This document shows positions 53,501 to 63,199 of a stretch of DNA of 64,000 nt, piece by piece. The translations under genes and the position numbers were made by a program. The number at the start of each line of letters is the position of its first letter. Within the stretch, counting starts at the first letter, position 1. This stretch comes from an uncultured Parachlamydiaceae bacterium. Lineage in GTDB: Bacteria > Chlamydiota > Chlamydiia > Chlamydiales > Parachlamydiaceae. The stretch spans positions 1 through 64,000 of the forward strand of contig CAVVXH010000005.1 of NCBI GenBank assembly GCA_963752155.1, in the 5' to 3' direction. Below the pieces are notes generated by a model. It did no database searches and was not told the DNA's origin. It saw only the letters and a program-made list of their open reading frames with translations.

Positions 53501-53833
53501 GTGACTTACATCAATCAATTGCTTCAGGAGCGAGAAAGTTTGGATAGAGACGGAAAAGTTGAAGGTATCAGGCAAACTGTCTTTCAGGGGGCTCTCACGA
53601 GGCTGCGTCCTGTATTGATGACAGCTTTGGTGGCAGCTTTAGGATTCATCCCAATGGCCTTTGCCTCCGGTACCGGAGCCGAGGTACAAAAACCACTTGC
53701 CACAGTTGTCATAGGGGGGTTGTTCAGTTCAACATTTCTCACACTTTTTGTGCTGCCCTGTCTTTACCTGCTCTGCCATCCGCAATTAGTTCAAGACACG
53801 CTATTTAACAGAAAAGTTCAATCGAAGATATAG
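50564..53833 (+). CDS. czcA: CusA/CzcA family heavy-metal RND transporter
   Basis: LPIDAVPDITNNQVQIN, GNLMSLGALDFGLIVDG, GVEGKMF, RLRPVLMTA, EVQKPLATVVIGG. Confidence 0.93.
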   Translation: MIEKILKFSIYNRYLIVVLTAVIAAYGFYSLRNLPIDAVPDITNNQVQINATAPGLSPFEVEKQVTFAIENGLAGIPGLESMRSLSRNGFSQVTAIFEDHVNVYFARQQINERLAEAKEVLPAGVEPKMGPISTGLGEIYMYTVEYEHPLGQGAKILDGHPGWQSDRTYLTPERHRLKTKTELASYLRTVQDWIIRPQLNGIRGLAGVDSIGGYVRQYHVEPNINKLTALGLTFQDLITALENNNLSIGAGHIEHNSETYLVKADGRIETSDQIEDVVIDTRKGVPIHIKDVANVAIGKELRTGSATENGQEVVIGTAMMLIGANSRTVALSVDEKMQKINKTLPPDIKAKTILNRTKLVDATIDTVTKNLFEGALLVIVVLFAMLGNFRAAFITALIIPLSMLLTAIGMVKTHISGNLMSLGALDFGLIVDGAVIITENCIRKLAEKQKKLGRLLNLQERLEEVVLSTKEMIQPTVFGQAIILTVYIPLLTFTGVEGKMFEPMAMTVIFALLAALVLSLTFTPAMIALFLTKKIEEKENKINEIAKRCYAPLLEKALQAPGMVVAYAALLVAASLLFFSHLGQEFVPALDEKDIALHAVRIPSTSLSQSTAMQLDVEKTLKKFPQVAFVFSKTGTAEMASDPMPPNVSDTFVMLSPPNEWPNPSLSKNELIAQLEEQLKLLPGNNYEFTQPIEMRFNELIAGVRSDVAVRIFGDDFDIMQRVADDIAGTLRKIKGAADVKTAQTDGLPVLEVKVNREATKRLGISTHEILNTISIAIGGGKAGMILEGDRRFDLMVRLPEILREDPEALGNLPIALPKNDDLSGKGYRYIPLKEVATIAMTEGINEITRENGKRAIIVQANVRGNDLGSFVAAAKKNIHSQVKVPPGYWLDWGGQFENLISARNHLLIVIPLCFALIFILLFTALKSIKESLIVFSGVPMALTGGIMALWLRDIPFSISAAVGFIALSGIAVLNGLVMVTYINQLLQERESLDRDGKVEGIRQTVFQGALTRLRPVLMTALVAALGFIPMAFASGTGAEVQKPLATVVIGGLFSSTFLTLFVLPCLYLLCHPQLVQDTLFNRKVQSKI

Positions 53834-53839
53834 CTTTTT

Positions 53840-53985
53840 GCGGTGCCTCTATCGGGGAATAACAAATTTTTAAAGCGCCTTGCCATTTTTTCCCCCCCAT
53901 TTCGTCTCCACAGGTCAGGCACCAATGGCAAGGCGCTTTAAAAATTTGTTATTTCTCAATAAGGGGCGCCGCAGGCAACTATCTT
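53840..53985. repeat. Palindromic family A/B mosaic between convergent genes (probable bidirectional terminator)
   Basis: Inverted arms ...AATAACAAATTTTTAAAGCGCCTTGCCATT / AATGGCAAGGCGCTTTAAAAATTTGTTATT. Confidence 0.75.
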
Positions 53986-54953
53986 GGTCTGCTTGAGAAA
54001 ACTATGCATTCAACATTACCTATATCTTGTAGTAAACGCTCTTCTAATTCTTTTCTCAATTCATCGTCCCTGCCAAGTGCAACTAATTGTATATATAAAT
54101 CCATTAGTTTATCAAATCTATTTATATCAGGGAAGAGCGCTAAAATTTCATTACGTCTCTTTTTTATCATCATTTTTTTATTTATCGATTCTTCTTCATT
54201 CTTTCTGAGTCCTTCAGTATAGGTTTTTCTCAATTCTTCATAGGCTTTTCTGTATTCTTCATCTGCAGTGAGAATTTCTTTACCTAGTTTTTCGGTGTCT
54301 AATAACCAATGCCCAAAATCTAAAACTCTCATATTTACTGTTTTATCATCAGTTTCCCTTGCAATTCTTAGCGCATCGTTAGCCAACTGATCAAATTTTC
54401 TCATCTCATCAGAGAATTGATTCGTAAATATTTTGAGTTGAGCCTTAAAATTATCATTCAGCTTATTAGTTCCTTTAGAAGCGTATTCAATAAGTCCTGC
54501 TCTAAATGCAAAAAGAAATGCATACGTTGTTTCTCTTTCTGCATATAAGTACTTAAAAATTTCAGTAGACGACTCGGCTGCCATTATAGCTCGGGATATA
54601 TTTCTTTCTCCGATTTCATCTACCAATCGACCTTTAGTCAATATTTCTGCAAGTACTTTTTCATTACCCTTTTCAGGGATTACAAGTTCATTTTTGGTTT
54701 GAATTGCTCCTTTGAATACTCTATCTACTATGGAAGATATTGAATATCGCTCCCAATCGCCTAATCTACTTATCGTATATACATTTGCTCCATTTTCGCT
54801 TCGTAAAAAGTTATTTGAATTCAGAGCATTTCGCAAAGCTTGAAGTTCTTTAATATCATTAATAACTTTTCGACGAGTTAAAATTGCCATTACTCCCATG
54901 TCGACACCACTCGTTGCTGAAATTTTTGGGATATTATTGGTATTTCCTATCAT
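53979..54953 (-). CDS. Hypothetical helical protein (orphan, effector-like)
   Basis: 324-aa ORF; C-terminus paralogous to 47401-47916. Confidence 0.7.
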   Translation of the reverse strand: MIGNTNNIPKISATSGVDMGVMAILTRRKVINDIKELQALRNALNSNNFLRSENGANVYTISRLGDWERYSISSIVDRVFKGAIQTKNELVIPEKGNEKVLAEILTKGRLVDEIGERNISRAIMAAESSTEIFKYLYAERETTYAFLFAFRAGLIEYASKGTNKLNDNFKAQLKIFTNQFSDEMRKFDQLANDALRIARETDDKTVNMRVLDFGHWLLDTEKLGKEILTADEEYRKAYEELRKTYTEGLRKNEEESINKKMMIKKRRNEILALFPDINRFDKLMDLYIQLVALGRDDELRKELEERLLQDIGNVECIVFSSRPR

Positions 54954-55150
54954 AAATTTTCCTATAATTAAAATGTTAAGACTTATAAGAGGAAAGATCT
55001 ATTATTTCTCTAAGTGACGATATAGTATCTCTTTAAATATTTGATTAGCCTCATACAAAAGATTATAGAACATATTTAATTATAAGTCAAATGTTTTTTA
55101 TTGATTTATAAACGAAAAATTCAAATTTCCGCTTTTTTATGAGATACTAT

Positions 55151-55410
55151 GATATTGAGGTATGAAGGATAGGAAAAAATTAAACACAAAGGCACGAAGG
55201 CTCAAAGAACACAAAGAGATCTTACATGTAAAGTATCGTAGCACCTCTATGGCATTGGTGCCTGATCTGGGGAGAAACGAAACGACGTTGTTCGACCAAA
55301 ACCTTCGTTTCGTTTATCCCCATGCCTGACCTACATTCTGACATTTGCCCTTTTGGGAGGTCATGTTCTTGTTTGGCAAATATCAGAATATCAGTTCAGG
55401 CGCCAATGGG
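55151..55410. repeat. Degenerate repeat cluster (copy of the 10331 module plus family A arms)
   Basis: AAACACAAAGGCACGAAGGCTCAAAGAACACAAAGAGATCTTAC; CATTGGTGCCTGA...CATTCTGACATTTGCCC...GGCAAATATCAGAATATCAG. Confidence 0.7.
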
Positions 55411-55423
55411 AATGGGTTTTCCC

Positions 55424-56098
55424 TTAAACTCTTTGAAGAAGATAACGGGCAAATTGATTTCCGAGATGTAATGTTGGTCGACTTGTGATCGTATTAAATA
55501 GAGCCATCATCCGGACGTATAAGTCAGAAGACCATTTTTTAAGTTTTGACTTCTCAATCTTTGGCTTATCTATTAACCCAGACTTCTTTGATTTTACAGG
55601 CTTGGAAGAGTTTTGGATCTCCTGAATTTTCCTATACGCCCAATTTATACCTTCAATAGTGGACTTCGCAACAGATGGCAGAGCTAATATCACTGCAGCT
55701 AGGCTGACCAAATGGCGAGGATGGCCCCAATTGGCTACAAATGTTGTATTAGGTCCAAAAACACGCTCTAACTGAGGAGCAGAAAAAATAGCTCCAGCGA
55801 GAGAAGAGATAATAAACACCCCTGGACGAGAAACACCTGCACTTAAAACAAGTGAAACTTTAGCACTAAGGATAATTGCTTTTTGGAGTAATTCAACATT
55901 TTCAGAGGATTGTGAAAAATCTTCAGATGAAATTTTCTTGCCGCGAACAATTTGATAAATATCATACAATTCTACTAGTCCAAACGCACAAGTGACTGTA
56001 CCAGCAAAATTTTTTACACCTTCTTTGACAACAGGTTGATTGAGTACTTGAACAGAAGTATTCAATGCACCTCTTAGAGCACCAGAAATGAAATTCAT
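55424..56098 (-). CDS. Hypothetical membrane-associated protein
   Basis: 224-aa ORF with hydrophobic segments; no recognised family. Confidence 0.6.
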   Translation of the reverse strand: MNFISGALRGALNTSVQVLNQPVVKEGVKNFAGTVTCAFGLVELYDIYQIVRGKKISSEDFSQSSENVELLQKAIILSAKVSLVLSAGVSRPGVFIISSLAGAIFSAPQLERVFGPNTTFVANWGHPRHLVSLAAVILALPSVAKSTIEGINWAYRKIQEIQNSSKPVKSKKSGLIDKPKIEKSKLKKWSSDLYVRMMALFNTITSRPTLHLGNQFARYLLQRV

Positions 56099-56317
56099 AA
56101 TAACTTTTCCTGTTTATACGTGTGTGACGATTGCAACTGGGTTCCCTCTTTAAAAAACCTAAATTCAAATGGTTTGAGAGCTACCCTTTGAGCTTTCTTT
56201 TAAGCTAGCAGATAGCAATTGTTTATGCAACATAAAACAAACGGATTTCAATGTTTGACTTTCTTAGAAAGATATAATATACTTAAGTTTTTTTGAATTG
56301 ATCGCACAGGCAAAATT

Positions 56318-56584
56318 ATGTTAAGAAAGTATAGCCTATATGCTCGCATATGCAGTTTAGCGACTTTGTCTTCATGTAATACCTCTCCGATGCAAAATAT
56401 AGCGGGCTCTTATTTTCCTGCATGGATGTTGTGTGCTGTGTTTGGAATTATATTAACAGTCATTATCTACGTGATTTTTGTCAAAATTCACATTGACGAA
56501 TTCATTCCAGCAAAATTACTGATCTATCTTGGGCTAGCCATTTCTCTAACATTTATTTTATGGCTTTTATTATTTGGTAACTGA
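56318..56584 (+). CDS. ytcA: YtcA family small lipoprotein
   Basis: LSSC lipobox, SPMQNIAGSYFPAWMLC; first gene of an mdtNOP-like operon. Confidence 0.85.
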   Translation: MLRKYSLYARICSLATLSSCNTSPMQNIAGSYFPAWMLCAVFGIILTVIIYVIFVKIHIDEFIPAKLLIYLGLAISLTFILWLLLFGN

Positions 56585-56612
56585 ATCTAAAAAATAGCAG
56601 TTGTAAAAACAA

Positions 56613-57578
56613 ATGAAAAATAAAAAGAACAAGCTTTTCGTTATGTGGAACCAGGCTTTATTAGGCCTGAAAAAATCAGTGGGAATTCTTATTGCACTCA
56701 CCGTGATTGCTATGTTGATCATTTCAAGCTTTTTGGTTGTATTGCGTTTGGATCAACGACCCAGGACTGATGATACCTATTTGTTGGCATACTATGCAAA
56801 TATAGCTCCACAGGTTTCTGGACAAATTATTTCTCTCAAAATTGAAAACAATCAAAGCGTCGAGGCCGGTGATATTCTTTTTGTGATCGAACCAGAACCT
56901 TTTCAATTCAAACTTGATGCTATAAAAGCTCAACATCAACTTGCTATCCTCTCTCTTGAACGTATGGAACCCCTACTTCATAAAGGATATGTGACTGCTG
57001 AAGAAATTGACCAAGCTCGTGCCTTAAAAGATAGTAGTGGTGCGAATTTCGATTTGTCGCAATGGGATCTAGTTAAGACCATTGTCAAAGCTCCCTTTAA
57101 CGGCAAAATAGTCGGGCTAAATTATGCTGTGGGCCAGTATGCCTCCACAGGCGTACCTTTATTTACAATGATTGATACTTCCAGATGGTATGCAGTGGCA
57201 AATTTCCGAGAAACCGATATCGGAAGGATGAAAGTAGGATCTGTAGCAAAAGTTTATGTGATGTCGAATCCTGAACAAATGATACAGGGACATGTAGAAA
57301 GCATTGGTTGGGGGGTCACTTCTGAAGATGCTAGCTTTGGAACAGGATTGCCGACCATTGAAAAAACATTGAATTGGGTTAGGCTGGCACAACGCTTTCC
57401 TGTGAGGATCCTCCTAGATAATCCACCAAATGATTTGATGCGTATCGGTGCCACTGCAGTCGTCGTCATTCACTGTGAACCATCTGAACATATGAGCCAT
57501 TTGTTTAGCAATCTCAGTTCTATACTTAATTATTTCGGATGGCCTAATGATGCAGATGCTGCAACAACTGCGAACTGA
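56613..57578 (+). CDS. mdtN: HlyD-family membrane fusion protein (MdtN-like)
   Basis: PRTDD, IAPQVSG, VANFRET, LNWVRLAQRFPVRI. Confidence 0.85.
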   Translation: MKNKKNKLFVMWNQALLGLKKSVGILIALTVIAMLIISSFLVVLRLDQRPRTDDTYLLAYYANIAPQVSGQIISLKIENNQSVEAGDILFVIEPEPFQFKLDAIKAQHQLAILSLERMEPLLHKGYVTAEEIDQARALKDSSGANFDLSQWDLVKTIVKAPFNGKIVGLNYAVGQYASTGVPLFTMIDTSRWYAVANFRETDIGRMKVGSVAKVYVMSNPEQMIQGHVESIGWGVTSEDASFGTGLPTIEKTLNWVRLAQRFPVRILLDNPPNDLMRIGATAVVVIHCEPSEHMSHLFSNLSSILNYFGWPNDADAATTAN

Positions 57579-59650
57579 GCTTGCGCCTAAACCAGGACGA
57601 CTCGAAAATGTATTACGGATCACAATTCTCAGTGTTATACTTGTTATTTTATTAGAAACCTTCCAAACCCCTTTACCAGCATATTCCGCCTATATTTTAT
57701 TTTTCATTTCAAAGGAAGAATCAGGTTCAACTCTATTAACAGGTCTAATAGCTGCCATATCAGTGACTATATCTGTATTTTTGACAATTGCTATTTATAT
57801 GATCTCTGCAGATGAACCTGGATTGAGATTACCATTGATGGCTATCATTATCTTTGCGGGCATGTTTGTTTCAAGGGCTTCATCTTACGGACCTTTAGGC
57901 TTCCTTACAGGCTTTCTTGTAACGACCGCATTAACCCTTATTGACTTTATTCCTTCTTCGACTCCCTTGCATTCAAGCGAAGATCTGCTTACTCGATCTG
58001 TACTTTGGTTATGGGCCATCGTCATGTTACCTGTAGTAGTCGTTGCCTTGGGAAATATTTTTACCGGACGCAATCCAGCTGATTTATTTGATCAAGGCTT
58101 AAAAGAGCAACTTGATATAGCTGCTGGGTTGCTGACTGAACAGAATAATCTAAGTGATCAAAAGCAAAGAGTTGAATATGCGGAGTCAAAGACAAGCGAA
58201 CTTTTTCGATATTTAGAAATTCCGGCTATTGTCGACAATAAATTGCAAAGAAATAAACAAGCAAACGAAGCTCTTTTAGCTCAGACGAGTCGATTAATTG
58301 TATTTCTTAATGAATGGATCGAATTAAAAGTTTTCGAACCCAAACTTGTAGATGCCGCCTCAAAGTGTGGATCGATGGTTAAAATTCTTGCGCAAGCAAT
58401 ACAATCAAGAACTGAAACCATTCCCCATTTTCATGAAACCCACTCTTGATTACGATAGAAGCTCCATTCACGAGAGAAAGGCCTCCCTTTTACTTGCTAG
58501 AATAATTGAAATTGTTGAGGCTCAGCGTGAGCTTTTACTTGCCAGGTTAATACCTAAAAGTACAACTCCACAGATTAAAACAACTCAACGACATCTTTTA
58601 GTAGCGGATGCTTTTACTAACCCAAGTTATATACATTATGCATTGAAGACTACCCTAGCTATTTTTATTGCTTACATTACTTACAATATGTTGAATTGGC
58701 CTGGAATTCGAACATGCATGATCACTTGCTTTTTTGTTTCTCTTGGTACCTTTGACGAGACAATACAGAAAATGAATTTGAGATTGAGTGGTGCTCTTAT
58801 AGGCGGGGGTTTGGGCTTAGCCACAATCATTTATATCATGCCTTATTTGACTACAATTTTGGGTTTGAGCTTGATGATTGCTACAATATCCTTTTTTGCA
58901 GCTTGGGTGGCGACAAGTTCTGAACATCTTTCTTACGCAGGGTTGCAAATTGCATTAGCCTTTTTTTTATGCGTTCTTGTTGGATATGGACCCACAATTG
59001 ATTTGACTGAGGCTCGAGATAGAGTTGTAGGAGTTCTGCTTGGTAACATGATTATTTTCATCGTATACACATTGATTTGGCCGACAACGGCACTTGAACA
59101 AGCAAAGTTTTCTTTGTCTGTAGCGCTTGTTAAATTGTCGCAAATGATCGCTCTCACACCTCAAACAGTACATGAAGAACGGTTTCAAAGAGACACATTA
59201 TTTTTTGCCTTTAGCGATGCAATCTTTCGAACAAAGCGTTATATCTCTTTCGAATCTTTGAAACCTAAGGCGATAAAGGTAGAACAAAATGCTGTGCAGG
59301 CAGTATGTGGACCTATAATGATATTAGTAGAGCAGTCTTACGCTATGCCTCTCTCTCCAACACTGACTAACGGGCTGAAAGATTATTGTCATTTGCTTAG
59401 CCTCTGGCTTTCTGATGCAGCTGAGCAACTAAAAAATGAACGGGGTTCTTTAATCGTTCTCCCTAAAACCGCCTCTCTTATTCAAAGTTTTGAACAAGCA
59501 GCCGCAAAAAATTGTGATGATCATTGGCTACTCGCTTGTAGCGATTGGTATCGAACCCTTGATGAACGCCTGCATAAGCTTGAAGGACTCATTCACCAAA
59601 CTGCTCTCTCTTTCAAACCGATTAATCAGGCAATAAAAGAAGCACAATGA
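57547..59650 (+). CDS. mdtO: FUSC-family inner-membrane efflux protein (MdtO-like), split by a frameshift near 58350-58450
   Basis: ELAPKPGR at the N-terminus; DAFTNP, WPGIRTCMITC, SYAGLQIA, RDRVVGVLLG in the second frame. Confidence 0.82.
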
Positions 59651-61155
59651 AACCCTTTATTACGCGTATTTTAAGTTTTTTTATTTGTTGTTTATTGAAC
59701 GGATGTTATCCATCAGTTCGGCATCTTGCCCCTGAATTTCCTGATCGTCCTTGGTATACTGACGACGATATTAATTCTGAGATGCCGACATGTGCACCTC
59801 TGAAATTTTCACTTCCTCCTCATGACATCCCCCCTTATCCTATTGAAGAAGGGTGCATGGATCTGGATCATGCGTACAATTTAGCTGAACTGATCGATTT
59901 GGCGCAACAAGCTAACCCAGACACACGAATTGCCTGGGAAAAGTCAAAACAAGCTGCCTTTGAAGTTGGACTTTCCTTAGCCAATTATCTTCCACAAATC
60001 AGTGCAGATGCCTTGCTTGGTTATCAGCATACAGCTATTCCATTGCCAAAATTTGTTAATCCGACTGAAAAAATTATCATTGATACAGCACAAATTTTTC
60101 CATCTTTGGTTATTCAGTGGCTTTTATTTGATTTTGGTAAACGGGATTGCATGTTTCAGGCTGCTAGGCAGAGATCCTTTGCATCCAATGTCGCCTTTAC
60201 AGAAGCGCATCAAAAATTAATTTTTAATGTAGCCCAGGCATACTTTGATTTTAATGCCGCTAGGGTTCAATTGCGTGTAGCAGAGGAAGCATTGAAAAAT
60301 ACTGAAATACTTCAAGAAGCCGCTGAATCCAGGCAAGTAAGAGGTTTGGAAAAAGCACCTAAAGTAGCGCTAGCACTTAGGGACACAGCGAAAGCTCGTT
60401 TTGATCTTGAAAAAGCAAAAGCGGATGATAATGATGCCTACCATGGCCTATTGGAGGCGATGGGATTGACTCCTACACTAAAACTCAAAATAGCAGATGA
60501 ATCGGTTAAAGTCTTGCCAAAAGAGCTTACAGCCGATGTAAATAGCTACATTAGTCGAGCCTTGGCTCAACGTCCGGATATTATTCAAGCATTTGCAGAA
60601 CTGCGTGCGAGTCATGCCGATATATGCAGTGCTGAAGCCTCTTTTTATCCAACATTCAATCTCGATAGCTTTAACTACCAAGACATCAGCGCAGTGGGCA
60701 CTAAACATGCACCGACAGCATGGGTCAATAAGCCTGCTACAGCCATTTTTATAGAATTCAAGTGGCCATTGTATGATGGCGGTATGCGTAAAAACACATT
60801 GGATATCGTTCGCTCCAAAAGTGCTGCAGCAAAGGAAGAACTGAGAAAAACTCAAGATAAGGCAATTCGCCAAGTGGCAAAGGCATACGATATGGTCAAA
60901 AGTGCTTTGGCAGAGTATGATTCTGCCATAGCCCTTGTAGCAGCATCGAACATCGCTTATGATTCAGCAATTGATTCTTATCGACAAGGAGTTGGTACTT
61001 TTACCGATGCTGCGAAAGCGACTATAGATAGAGCTCAAGCTGAATCTGTTCTTGCCAAAGCCTATGCCTCTGTACTTACTGCAGCCGCAACGCTTGCATT
61101 TTCAACCGGAGAGCTTACTTCTGGTTCTGCAGCTGCTATGCTTACTTCTGATTGA
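59647..61155 (+). CDS. TolC-family outer-membrane efflux lipoprotein
   Basis: LNGC lipobox, LIDLAQQANPDTRIAW, WLLFDFGKR, WPLYDGG. Confidence 0.88.
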   Translation: MKPFITRILSFFICCLLNGCYPSVRHLAPEFPDRPWYTDDDINSEMPTCAPLKFSLPPHDIPPYPIEEGCMDLDHAYNLAELIDLAQQANPDTRIAWEKSKQAAFEVGLSLANYLPQISADALLGYQHTAIPLPKFVNPTEKIIIDTAQIFPSLVIQWLLFDFGKRDCMFQAARQRSFASNVAFTEAHQKLIFNVAQAYFDFNAARVQLRVAEEALKNTEILQEAAESRQVRGLEKAPKVALALRDTAKARFDLEKAKADDNDAYHGLLEAMGLTPTLKLKIADESVKVLPKELTADVNSYISRALAQRPDIIQAFAELRASHADICSAEASFYPTFNLDSFNYQDISAVGTKHAPTAWVNKPATAIFIEFKWPLYDGGMRKNTLDIVRSKSAAAKEELRKTQDKAIRQVAKAYDMVKSALAEYDSAIALVAASNIAYDSAIDSYRQGVGTFTDAAKATIDRAQAESVLAKAYASVLTAAATLAFSTGELTSGSAAAMLTSD

Positions 61156-61411
61156 AGATTTTGAAGCAAGGTATGCTCTTTTATCTTTTCAATGACTGCA
61201 TCCAACTCTGCAAAAGCTCTATCTCTAGCTTCTGTGTAATCCCTATTTCGGAACATTTTTCAAATTTGACCCCGAAATCACCTCTCCTTCAATCAATAAA
61301 TACGAGAGCTTTTTTGAATTAATTCTTTCTCATTCTCGTTAAAAAGATTTTTGACTTTCTTATCAATCTCATTTGATATCTTCCGATATCTTCGATAATT
61401 AAATGTTCAAT

Positions 61412-61647
61412 GATGTCACCACCTTCTTTAATTATCGTTCCTATCGTTCTTATCGTTGCATCGTTGATTACGTCTACATATCCAACTCACAGGGTATTTT
61501 GAGCTTATTTTACTGCAATTTCATTGATGTTCACAGCTTGATACGTTCTGTTGCTACTGTAGATCAACGGTATAAACGATAAGAACGATAAGAACGATAG
61601 GAACGATAATAAGGATAAGAATGATAATTGAGGAAGGTGGTGACATC
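61412..61647. mobile_element. 236-bp MITE-like element (family D) with 9-bp subterminal tandem repeats
   Basis: GATGTCACCACCTTCTTTAATTATC / GATAATTGAGGAAGGTGGTGACATC; AACGATAAG units inverted at both ends. Confidence 0.8.
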
Positions 61648-61719
61648 TAAAAACTTGACTTCCCAATTAAAAGACGCTATGATAGCTATTATACTCAATA
61701 ATTGCACATAAAGGATGCT

Positions 61720-62034
61720 ATGATGCCTCTATTCATGATGACTCCTTACGAAGTAGCCCTATTCGTCGCTCAACAAATGCGAAATAAAAGGCTTTCTTTA
61801 AACCTAAGTCAGAAGAGTTTGTCTGAAAAGTCACGAGTCAGTTTAAGTGTTATCAAACAATTTGAAAGAACCGGGAAAATTGCCTTTGAATCATTATTAA
61901 AGCTAGCATTCTTCTTAGATTCTCTTGAAGAATTCACAACCCTATTTAAGCCGGCGCCTCCTGAAAGTTTCAAATCTCTTGATGACCTTATTAAAGAAAG
62001 CCAAGTTAAAAAACGTAAAAGAGGCCGTAAATGA
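61720..62034 (+). CDS. XRE-family HTH transcriptional regulator (HipB-like antitoxin type)
   Basis: RLSLNLSQKSLSEKSRVSLSVIKQFERTGKIAFESLLKLA; basic RKRGRK tail. Confidence 0.82.
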   Translation: MMPLFMMTPYEVALFVAQQMRNKRLSLNLSQKSLSEKSRVSLSVIKQFERTGKIAFESLLKLAFFLDSLEEFTTLFKPAPPESFKSLDDLIKESQVKKRKRGRK

Positions 62035-62074
62035 CTTTTGGCTATGTTCACTTGTACACGAGAAACTTTCGCTC

Positions 62075-62167
62075 TTATTCCTCCTCTGTGTTCTCTGTGA
62101 TCTCTGTGGTAAAAAAAATCTACCACAGAGATCACAGAGATCACAGAGAACACAGAGGAGGAATAAT
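62075..62167. repeat. Palindrome built from 9-bp CACAGAGA(T/A) units
   Basis: TTATTCCTCCTCTGTGTTCTCTGTGATCTCTGTGGTA ... TACCACAGAGATCACAGAGATCACAGAGAACACAGAGGAGGAATAA. Confidence 0.85.
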
Positions 62168-62197
62168 TGAGCGAAGAAGTGAACAAGGCTTGACTTT

Positions 62198-63199
62198 TCA
62201 TTCAATTAAAATCATATCCGAGGAACTGTAAAGCTTTGCAAAACTAACTAAATTTGCACATTCTTCCAAAGAGGGTTTGTATTCGCCGAATTTGATTCGA
62301 TCCATTAAATGCATAGCCTCTTCAATCGCTATTTTTTGCTCTTGAGTCATCGCCTGATTTGCCCTAACCTCTTCAAGAAATTCCTGTGTTGTTAATGAAG
62401 ATGAAGAAATCTGATAACGTATTTTGAAGCTATTGCGTAAACTTGTTGTGATATGATTAATAAAATCCCTAACAGTTGAACTCTGAAGACTTGGCTGACT
62501 CTTGAGTTGATTAAGAAGTTTCACTGCTTCAGCCAAATGGTCTTCTTTCAATAAAGGTTGTGGCCGAGGTTTCATTTTCTGTAAGTAATTGTATAATAGC
62601 GCCGTCCCCAAAAGGATCAATGACAATAAAAATAAACCAAACGCTATATGCCAAGGCATTTCCCGACTTTTAAAGAGTTCCACGTTATAGGCTGATTGAT
62701 CCTGAGAGAGGTATTGCCGTTCTTCAGCGGCCAATTCAACGGGAACTCTCTCTGCCAAGCCATTTAAAGGAGCAGCTTCTGCTTCAAGATTAATTGCAGG
62801 AACTTTCGGTAAAGTGACATTCACGTAAATGATTGGAGAAATAACATCAATAGGCTTTTTAACTTTAGAATCGTTGGGATGCAAAGAAATTTTATAAAAC
62901 GTCAAACCATACTTTCCTGGGAGTTGTGGTTCTAGCTGATAACTCACCCTTTGATGAATAAACAATGGATCTTTAGAAGGCAAATTTTGAGTCGTTTGCT
63001 TGACAAGAGCAAAGGGGGGTACTTGATCTATTCCTGAATTGTGCAAAAGCTGGTCAAGCATCTCTTCATTATCTAAATGATAATCAGAGGGATAAATTAG
63101 ATCAATATTAACTTCAAAATGTTTTGGTAGAGCAATAGATTGTTGAGGATCCGAAAGAGATAACACAGCGCTCAACTGTGAGGGATCGGGAGCCGTCAC
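62198..63199 (-). CDS. BatD/DUF4381-like membrane protein of a MoxR-DUF58-vWA operon
   Basis: Follows DUF58; single TM; LTTQEFL and DRIKFG motifs. Confidence 0.65.
   Translation of the reverse strand: MTAPDPSQLSAVLSLSDPQQSIALPKHFEVNIDLIYPSDYHLDNEEMLDQLLHNSGIDQVPPFALVKQTTQNLPSKDPLFIHQRVSYQLEPQLPGKYGLTFYKISLHPNDSKVKKPIDVISPIIYVNVTLPKVPAINLEAEAAPLNGLAERVPVELAAEERQYLSQDQSAYNVELFKSREMPWHIAFGLFLLSLILLGTALLYNYLQKMKPRPQPLLKEDHLAEAVKLLNQLKSQPSLQSSTVRDFINHITTSLRNSFKIRYQISSSSLTTQEFLEEVRANQAMTQEQKIAIEEAMHLMDRIKFGEYKPSLEECANLVSFAKLYSSSDMILIE

Noticed and set aside
61062..61400. Short minus-strand ORF after the TolC gene
   Set aside because: May be a gene remnant but no family recognised, and it overlaps the TolC end
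61575..62167. CRISPR array
   Set aside because: Only 9-bp tandem units with no unique spacers, and no cas genes in the window
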